DNA from: Vicugna vicugna | Lineage: Eukaryota | DNA: 64,000 bases | Assembly (NCBI GenBank): GCA_013265495.1 | Contig: MU058289.1 | Coordinates: 1,116,001-1,180,000, forward strand | Reading direction: 5' to 3' | Part shown: piece by piece, positions 54,659-64,000 of the stretch | How the letters are laid out: each line of letters begins with the position of its first letter | Numbering within the stretch: position 1 is the stretch's first letter | The notes under the pieces: model-generated | What the model was told of the DNA's origin: nothing | What the model saw: the letters and a program-made list of their open reading frames with translations, nothing else | Database searches by the model: none | Position numbers and translations under genes: made by a program

Positions 54659-55280
54659 TGATGCAGGAAAAACGGATGTGGGGCGTGAGAAGGGCTGTGT
54701 TCTAGGCTTCGGTTGAGCCCCCGGGACATGCCCTGCCAAGTTGGGTCCATGGCTTCACGCAGGAAAGAATTCAAGAGCGAGCCACAGTTGTGTAAAGGTA
54801 GATTTATTCAGAAAGATACATTGAAAGGCAAGAGAAAGGCCACGAGGTGTGGGGGTTGGGTGCTCAGATTAAAAGTAGGTACACATTCCGTAGGCAGAAT
54901 GTGGGCCATCTCCGAAGAGGGAGAGAGAGGGCAGCCGAGGCACCATGTTGCCAGTTTTTATGGGCTTGGTGGCTTCATATGCTAATAAGTGGAAGGACCA
55001 GTCTAAGGGGAAGGGGCTGGGATTCCCAGGAAGTTGGCCATTTCCCACTCTTTGACCTTTTGTGGCTAGCCTTGGGACTGCCATGGTGCCTGTGGGCGTG
55101 TTATTCACCATGTTAATATATTACAATGAGTGTATAATGAAGCTCAAGATCTACTATAAGTTAAATCTCCCATCATCTTGAGCCTCAAGGCTTACTAGGG
55201 GTTGAATCTTTCACCATTTTGATGTTAATGGTTGTAGCATTCCTTGAATGGCTGTGCCCTGCCCCCTTCCATCCTGTCGA
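54659..55280 (-). mobile_element. Solo ERV1-class LTR
   Basis: Begins TG, 4-bp TSD AGAC (54655-54658 and 55281-55284), host L1 resumes precisely, minus-strand AATAAA at about 54805. Confidence 0.8.
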
Positions 55281-55819
55281 AGACTGTTATGAATAAAGCT
55301 GCTATGAACATTCGTGTACAAATTTCTATGCAAACATAAGTTTTTTTTTTTTCTGGGATAAATGCCCAGGCATGCAATTCCTGAATCATTACATGGAAGT
55401 GCATTTTTTATTCTTTTGTTAGAAACTGCTTAACTAATTTCAGGAGTGGCTGTACAATTTTTATATTCCTACCAACAATGGATGAGAAACCAGTTTCTCT
55501 GCAATCTCACCAGCATTTGGTATGGTTCCTTTTTTTAAGCTGTTCTAACAGATACATAGGGATATTTCATTGTGGTCTTAATTTGCATTTACCTAATGGT
55601 AGTGGCTAGTGATGTTGAACTTTTCATGTGCTTACTTGCCGTCTGTCTATCATCTTTGATGAAGTGTCTCTTGTTGCCTTTTGCTATTTTCTAATTGTAC
55701 TTTTTTAATGTGGTATTTATAGATTTTATATACATATTTATTGAAATCTAGTCAGTTTACAATGTTGTGTCAATTTCTGATGTACAGCATAATGCTTCAG
55801 TCATACATGAACATACATA

Positions 55820-56292
55820 TGTGAACGAAAATACTGCAACCATATCAGTAAACAAAGAATGCTGAAACCAAGTCATCAGCGGCTGCCACCACCCCCCAGT
55901 GAGGACAGGCCTGCAGACCAGCCTCTGCAGCCTCTCACGATGGTTCCCCCTGAGGGGACTCAGAATAAGAAAGGACAGGATACCGGCCCTAGATAGCTAG
56001 ATGCTTGTCAAAGGAATGAATTCAATGAGCCCAAATGTTTGCTTCCCCCCATACCTAGAAAAGCACTAAATTCTTTAACTTGAGATGCCTGGTTTTCCTT
56101 AGATAACAACTAGTCTTTTATTGTTCCAACTACCTGGTCTTTGTTGTAAAGCTCCTATATATCCTAGCTCCTCCCCTACCTCTTCGGAGCAGTTCCCCAG
56201 AGCATCTGAGAGGCTGTCATCCTGGCTCGAGTCCTCCCGCCAAATAAAACATAATTCTCAACTTTTAGGCTGTGCATTTATTTCAGTTGACA
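55820..56292 (+). mobile_element. Solo ERV1-class LTR inserted in a young L1 3' end
   Basis: TG...CA termini, 4-bp TSD CATA (55816-55819 and 56293-56296), TATATAT box at about 56156 and AATAAA at about 56243. Confidence 0.85.
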
Positions 56293-57509
56293 CATATATT
56301 CATTTTTATATTCTTTTCCGCAATATTTATATATTTTAGTATGAGGTCTTTGTCAGATGGGTAGTTTGAAAATATTTTCTCCCGGCCTTAGCTTTTTAAA
56401 AAATCTTAAAAGGGTCTTTCTCAAAGCAAAATTTTACAATTTTGATGAAGTCCTATTTATTGATTTTTTTCCTTGTACATAGTGTGCATTTGGTGTCATC
56501 TCTATGAACTCTTCAGCAAACCTAGATCCCAAAGATTTTTTTTTCCTACATCCTAAAATTCTATAGTTTTTCACGTTGCATTTCAGTGTGATCTATTTTG
56601 TGTTAAACTTTGTATAGCATGTGAAGTGCGTATTTTTAGGCTATGAATTTCATTTGCTCCAGTATCATTTATTTAAGGGACTGTCATTTCTCCACTGAAT
56701 TGTTTTTGAGCACCTTCACCGTATATTGTTGGCTGTACTTGTTTGAGGGTATTTCTGGGTTCCAAATTCTGTTCCACTGATCATTGTATCAATCCCTCAC
56801 TAGTACCTCACAAGCTTGATTACTATAGTTTCAGGTAGAGTGATTCCCCCCACTTCCTTCTTATTTTTCAGAACTGCTTTAGCTATTCTAGTTCCTTTGT
56901 CTTTACATATAATTCATAAAATAATCTTGTCTATATTTACTTTTTAAATGTTGCTGTTAGTTTGATAGGAATTGTATTAAAACTATATATCAGTTTGGGG
57001 AGATTTGATATCTTTACTATGTCAGTCTTCCAATTCATTAACACAAAATATCTTTCCATCTATTTAGATCTTTAACATATTAAAGTATAGATTTATAAAT
57101 TCCTTCACCTTTACTTGGATGATAGAGTAGATTTAGAACAATTTCCCTATATTAATTTATGTGTTATTGAGGATATGTGTGATAATTTCATCCTTCTACC
57201 TCTAAAAGGAAATACAATTATTTCATATGACTAATAAGTGTTTGTATAAGTCCACAAACACACCTTTCTTGGATCCTTATTGCTTTTATCATTGCAGACT
57301 TTTCAACTGGAATTACCTTACTTTGACTTTAAACACAATCTTTAGGTTGTCGTTTTATGTGGGTTATTCTTCCATTACTTTCACATTTTTGTCCTTAAAT
57401 AGTCTTATTGCACACTGTTCTTGGAAGGTACTTTGCTGTGCATAGAAATCTCAGCAGGGTTTTTTCCCCAGCAGTTTATGCCCTTCCATCATGTCCCTGA
57501 CTTAGAATT

Positions 57510-58117
57510 ATACATCAGGTCTGGGTGGAGACCATTTTTAGCTTTGTCTTGATCTTCCTGATCTTAGAGTGAGGCAGGAAGCCCCATAAAAAGACGGTAG
57601 GACCCCTAGGCACGGCCGCTGCCTCCTCTTAAGCACCGTCTGGTTCCCTGGCCCAGAGGCTCTATCTCACTTTTTGCCTCTAAAGCGGCTAACTTACACC
57701 TAGAATGCTATTGGTTCCCTGAGCTCACTTCTGATTGGTTATTTCTCTCACTCCTTATTGGTTACTACTCTCACTTCTGATTGGTTATTACTCTCACTCC
57801 TGATTGGTTATTACTCTCACTTCTGATTGGTCCGTTTGCAGTACTTCATTTGCATGGAGCACACTCCTGATTGGTCTAGTTCTACAAAGCTTGTTTCTGG
57901 TTGGTCAACTTCTGTTGTACTTTATTTGCATATGATGTTGCAAAGTGTAAAACTGGCAACCTATAAAAGGCCTGTGTAACCCTACAGACGGGATCCAGAG
58001 CTTGAAGTGTTAACTCCTGTGGGCCTGCTTGTGTAATAAACCTGAGTTCTCCAACTTTGCCAGTGTTGCTTGGTCTCTCCCCAGAATTCAGGTCCCTGTC
58101 GCAACTGAGCTGTAACA
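57510..58117 (+). mobile_element. ERV LTR with a tandem CCAAT array (left boundary uncertain)
   Basis: Seven ATTGG motifs at 57710-57875, TATAAAA at 57962, AATAAA at 58035 and terminal TGTAACA ending at 58117. Confidence 0.75.
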
Positions 58118-59269
58118 CCGATAAATAATGAAAAGGATACCTGATGACCGAATTAAAGGATTGTGCTAGAAACTGACTGGGTTTTCATCAGTCTATTTGG
58201 GGATCACTTGAATGAGTTGTGGGCAGAAGTGATTATGTTTTCTCATTTCTTCTCCATCCTGAAGATTCCTCTTTGGATTTAACTAGAGTTTTCACTTCTC
58301 ACAACCCCCAGGATTTATTGTCTTTTTGTGGACTGCAAGTTTGGGTGATGGGTTGACAGCCATGATGAGGACAAAACCAGGTGACTCTGAGTCACTGGAC
58401 GTTAGACTTAACTGTCTCATGATCATTCATTTGTACCTGGCTGCCCTGAGGACTGGAGGGGTGAAAAGTACTGGTTCCTATGAACTAAAGATGAAAAATA
58501 ACATATCACCTTAAGTAACAAACTAGAAACCATGTCAGGTTTACTCTCTACTTAGGCCTGTAGGCAGTCCTAATGATGCCAAATTTCAAATCATGGAGCC
58601 TGTAAGGAAGTATCCCTTTGGCACAATAGGTCTACCTATAGATTATGAAACCCTACAGCATGTGCCATTAAAAAAAAAAATGAGCCTAATGATACAACGC
58701 TACATTAAGTGAAAATCTTAAACACTACTTAAGAGGCTTCTTGTTGAGTCAGAGTCAATATATTTCATATTTTGACAAATATCACCAATGACTCTGCAAA
58801 GAAGTATATCGGATTTACTCTCACAGCAGTGTATGCCAGATCCTTGTGAAGACACTGCCAATAATATTAATATAAAGTAATAATATTAATGACAGCAATA
58901 GCTCTTAAGTACTTATCATTATGTTCCAGGCTTAGTGCACTTTTTAGTTGTCTCCTATGAAGTAGGTAGTTTTGTCTGAATTATTCTCCGGAACTTAAAG
59001 AATCTGGTTCTCAGCTGTGTTGGAGCATTAAAATCCCTTGTAGGGCTTGTTTAAGCGCAGACTAGGTCCCACGCCAGAGTATGTGATTCAGTAGTTCTTT
59101 AGGGGGACCTGAGGACTTGTAACAAATTCCCAGGTAATGCTGATCTGATTTGTGGGTTGGAAACCATCGATTAGGGGGAAATTTTTCAAATAACTGCACT
59201 ACTAAAGAATAATCTTCATTTTTCATTGTAAATCCTGACTCAGACTGGTGAAATGCTGGGACAGGAATA

Positions 59270-59990
59270 TATAGTGCAGAAGGCGGAGGCAAGTGTTAGA
59301 GACCTATAAGGGCGGGGTGTTGCCTGAAGGGCCACGGAAATTTGTACGTGTGCCTTTAAGAAGAAGCGAAGCCCTGCCCTGTCTTTGGAAGTGTGCGGCC
59401 GGTTCACCAGGATGCAGCCAGAAACTACACTACCCAGAAGGCAGTGCTTCGAACGTTGGCGGCGGTGCTGAGCCAATGACGGACAGCGAGGGTGTGCTGC
59501 CTGCGGCAGCTTGGGCGAGACTAGTGGCGTCCGGTCATCGGGCGTCGTTTGGAAGTGGCCGGTCTGTCATTACCGGCCTTCCTGGCTGGGGCACCGGGCG
59601 GTGGCTGCTTCTCAGAAAAAGGTCTTCGAGACCGAGCAAAGGACAGTGAGGAGAATAGGGCCCACTTCCACGCTTTTGTGTGAGCCGTGACCCCGCCTGC
59701 TGCGGGGTTTGCCGCGGTTCGCTCTCCGAGCCTCGGCCCCAGTCCTCTGTCCCCGCAGCTCCCGGAGGCGGCGCCCTGGGCCTTGTGCGCCTCCTACACC
59801 GAGGAGACAGGTCCCAGGTGCCCCCGCCCACGGCTGGTCTGAGGGGTCGGCTGAGCCCGTTGGACCGGCCTCTGTCGCCACCTCTCGCGGTCTAGCACTG
59901 CCCACTGGGCCCCATGGCGGGGCGGGCGCTGGTGAGTGGAGGGTTTCTGCAACTTCACATGCGCTGGGGTCGCCGTCCGCACAGTTCCAT
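59270..59990 (+). promoter_or_regulatory. CpG island promoter and exon 1 of ZNF599
   Basis: CpG-dense, with a GC box at about 59310, ZNF143/SBS-like AACTACACTACCCAGAAGGC (59423-59442), CCAAT at 59473 and ETS-like GGAAGT at about 59551. Confidence 0.8.
59914..59931 (+). CDS. ZNF599: ZNF599 coding exon 1 (MAGRAL)
   Basis: CCCATGG Kozak context and CTG|GTGAGT donor. Compare the recalled human ZNF599 start [14 protein letters not shown]. Confidence 0.75.
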
Positions 59991-62092
59991 TCGCTGTGTT
60001 ACTAGGAATCTCAGGATTCTTCTCCTCTTAATACTATTGAGTCTGGAGGATCTGTGAGAATGGGGTTTGGGAGCAACAGTTCTAATCACATCCAACCCAG
60101 AGTTCTCATTCCAGGCCAGGGATTATAAAGAGAGGCGCCCATTTCTGGTTCTTTCCTTGAGCTTGTCGATTCTCTGCTCTTGGCCTCCATTCCCTCGGGT
60201 CTAAAATCGGAATATTAACAATTTTTCTCTCTTAGTTGAGGGAACTGGAGAGGGTAAGCGTGTGACGTGTATCCTTCAGTGCTTAGCACGACCCAGAAAG
60301 CATCACTCTGGATGTGGTTTTCGCAGAGAGACTCTCCTGGTCCTACTATATTATCTTAGACTCACCCCAGGCATAGTGTGACCCTCATGCCTCCCTGCCT
60401 CAGGCCTCAACCCAGCTGAAAGCGGGGAGAAGGGATGAGAGAGCCTTGAGAGCAGAAGTTTGTGGGAGCAGCGTTTTTGGAACTGCTGCTCTTCTAATAG
60501 AAGTGAAAGTTCCCTGGATAAGCCGGAAGATAGGATAGTCACTGGATTTCTCTCTGCAGATGCCATCTGAGTACTACAAGTGAAGTTGGCTTGCCACTTA
60601 CGCAGTGAATCAGTTTTCCTAATACATTTACATATATTTGAAAAGTGAATCCATTGCAATATTCATTAATGACAGTGCATAGCAATGTTATGTCTGTGGG
60701 ATGTAAACCAAAGAACAGGCCCTAAATTACTCTTCAGCATGCCAACCTGTTTCCTTTCATCATAGCTCTAATCACCTTCAGGACTTCTCTTATTTATCCA
60801 TTTTTCCTCAGCTGGCTTTCTCCTTAACTTCATTCCATCCTGGTTCCAGTGTCCCCTTCAAGAGATCTTCCCCAGTTGCCCCATCTAAAGTCTCCCCTAA
60901 TCTTTGTAGTCATCTTACTCTCTTTTGTTTGTTTGTTTTCAGAGGCCTTAGGGTCATATGACTTTATCTTGCTCGTTTACTTAGTTTCCTGTTGAGAATC
61001 TTTCCCTAAGCCCAGAGTGTGAGCTCCTGCTCTCTCCCCAGGCTTAAAGCTGCTGGGCCTGTACCAGGTGTTCAATAAGTGGTTAATGAATGAAAGATTC
61101 TCCCTCTGGGGCTCCCACCATACTTAGATTAAATCTAACTGTCCTCCCCCACCATGGCTGGACCAGAGGGACCTATGTTCAAATCTTGCCCCTTCTCATC
61201 AGACATGTGACTCTGTGCGGCTTAACTTTGAGCCCCTGTTTGCTGATGTGAAATAAAGATGGTGATGTTGTTTACCTCCTTGGTTGTGGGAGAATTAATG
61301 AAATTCACAAACACAACTGAACACTGACATTGCTGGGCACTGTGGTATTTACTTTATGAACATTTTTGCTTTATTTTCTCTTGTAAACATAATATTTTAT
61401 TTCTATATACAGTATTTAATTCACATATATGTACTGTTCTTTGTTTCTAAAACAGTTTAGAGCTTTAGCTTTTTTAAATTACATAGTTATCAAAGGAATA
61501 AAGCCAACCACAAAATAAGAATCAACAGAATGCCATAATCCAATCATAAAAGACAGTCAAATGTAATAACACATACTCAATAAATCAATCATCTAAGACA
61601 TAAATAATAAGTAATGAACATTTTTGCTTTAATTCCCACAACAACTTGGTGAAGTTGGAACTATTATTGTATTCATGTAGAAATTGAGGCTCAAAGAAAT
61701 TAGTATGTGTTGGTTCAAAAGGCTGGATTTAAACCCTGGAAAGTCTGGCTCCAGACCTAGAGAATTTTAGTTGCTTTAACACAGTGTCTGAAGCCCTTAG
61801 GTGCAGGCAAGCAGTGCAAACCAGTGAGGCTCGGCTTCTGCTACTGTTACCATTACCTGAATTATTTTTTTCCCTATTCTTCACAGTCTACATGGGATTA
61901 TCATAGTTTTGTGTCACTCTCCAGCAGATTCCCATATAGGCAGCTTTTCTCTCACACACCTTTGTATTCTGTCAGAGGCACCATCTCCCTCCCTCCTGAG
62001 CCCAGCACAGAGCTAGGTCCTCAGGAGATACCCAGTGATTCAGACCTTGGATCTCTCTGGATTTTTACCATTAACCAAGCAGTAGGCTCTAA

Positions 62093-62401
<309 letters not shown>

Positions 62402-63602
62402 TAACCTTCTCTTGCTTGGTTTCCTTGTGTCTGCATCGCGGATTGTTGTATAACAAACAGTTCTCCTCAACACTTTTACCCAAGTGTCCAACCCAAGCTG
62501 ACCTCAGTCTGACATCCTTCCTTATTCCAGATTCTCATAATCTGGAATTCAGCTTGGTTGGGTCCACTGTCCTCACAGCCCAGTTAACAGGACCTGGTGT
62601 TAATGGGAGGTTCTCCAAGAAGTGGTTGAATTAGACAGACAGGAAGCTATTTGTCATCAGTGCTACTGGTATCTTTCTGACCAACACAGTCTAGATTTCT
62701 TTGACCCCTGGTACCTGCACAGCAGGTATTCCAGGTGGAGACACCAACACCAGCCAAGTCCCTGAGGGGGCAAGGAGCTCAAGTCCTTAATGGAGACAAA
62801 GAAAGATCTGGTTTACCTTTTCCACCACCCCATCCCTGAGCTCGGTGCCAGGCATGTAGCAGACCGCTGTGAACATTTGCTAAGTGACAACTGGGTGCAT
62901 CTGGCTTGAAGTACAGGATTTTCTAGGCAAAATTTCTGTGGGTCCTGGTGCCAAAACTATTGACTTGTCTCCAGAGTTCTCCTGTCTGTAAGTCTTCACA
63001 TTTGGCAAGATGTGTTTGGTTACATGTTGCAAAAACCACCTCATACTGGTTTCACTCTGGGAAAAGTTGATTACTTCACCTAATGAGAAGCCCTGAAGTG
63101 GCTGTTTCTCTCCTTGGTCCAGGTCATCAGGCCAGCGTCCTTGACATGGCCACAGGATGATGCAGCAGCAACTAGGGCAGCAGGTCCCCACATCAGCCCT
63201 GTCTTCCCAGTCTGGATTGAAGGCTTTTTCTTCAGAATGTGTAGCAGTGTTAGGTCATGGCCTACCTCAGGCCACTGACTATCAGTTGATTTAGTCCAGT
63301 GTGTTTCGCCATCTTTGGGCACCAGAATCACCTGGGAAGCTTTCAAAACAACCAGTGCTCAGTCTTTATGCCCAGAGATTTGGTTTAATTTGTTGTGGTC
63401 CGAACCAGACATGTCTTGGTAGTTCTGAAACATGAGGAAGGTTGAATCCTGCTGATTTAATCAGGGAAAACCCTCTGGAAGGAGGGGTCCCCTTTCTGGG
63501 GTTTCATGGCATTGTGTTAGAGGTGTACACGGCTGTACACTTGACACTGTTCCATTCTTCTTTCTTTATATACCCCTGCCTCATTTATTTCTCTATGCAT
63601 AG

Positions 63603-63698
63603 GCCATCCTGTTCCCAAACTAGAGCTGATTCACCTGCCAGAGCACGGGCAAGAACTGTGGACAGTGAAGAGAGGCCTCTCCAGAAGCACCTATTCAG
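63603..63698 (+). CDS. ZNF599: ZNF599 KRAB-B exon
   Basis: HPVPKLELIHLPEHGQELWTVKRGLSRSTYS, 96 bp, AG/GT intact and in frame with KRAB-A. Confidence 0.85.
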
Positions 63699-64000
63699 GT
63701 GGGTTGCATGGTAGCTGGCAGACTACCAAGGAATCAGTGTCTGACATTCCATGGGTAGTTTCTTTTTGTGGCCTTCCTGGGGTCTTGAGTGGTCACTGGA
63801 GCACTTTGAACTGTGTTTCCCTATCTTCCCACTCCCATCACACTCTTTACCTTTACTGGGGTTAAAATGTGGGTAAGAGACAGTCTCTAAACGCGTGGCC
63901 TCTCACCAGCCTCATAACTCTGGAGAAGCTGCGTGATCTCACTGCACCTTTGACGTACAAGTTAGGCTGAATTAATGCTTCCTGCTATAAGAGATAATCT

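Larger units (their letters stand above)
54380..57070 (-). mobile_element. Old L1 fragment hosting nested LTRs and a young L1 end
   Basis: Reverse L1 motifs (GAATAAAGCTGCTATGAACATTCGTGTACA, TTTGATAGGAATTGTATTAAAACTATATATCAGTTTGGGGAGA). Confidence 0.85.

Noticed and set aside
57730..57835. 23-bp tandem units as a CRISPR-like array
   Set aside because: No unique spacers, mammalian context, and located inside an LTR U3.
59293..60005. Overlapping ORFs in the ZNF599 CpG island
   Set aside because: Expected from stop-poor GC-rich DNA. Only 59914-59931 fits the KRAB gene structure.

Overview
Mammalian genomic DNA. Short, young 5'-truncated L1 3' ends resemble those I associate with camelids, so the species assignment is an inference. 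The window has two parts. (1) About 1-22 kb holds four decayed, intronless NPAP1/POM121-like retrogene copies (A+, B+, C-, D-). They were duplicated with their flanking L1, MER58 and MIR DNA and form a large degenerate inverted repeat. A full-ORF TOMM22 processed retrocopy is inserted in one arm. (2) About 27.6-64 kb is a KRAB zinc-finger cluster on the + strand, in the order ZNF792-like pseudogene, ZNF599-like pseudogene, ZNF792-like pseudogene, then the first three coding exons of an apparently intact ZNF599, whose zinc-finger exon lies beyond the window. This region contains many L1, MaLR and ERV solo LTRs and several small TSD-flanked retroposed RNA fragments. No rRNA, tRNA or CRISPR features were seen. 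All family names come from recalled sequences and by-eye alignment, not from database searches.
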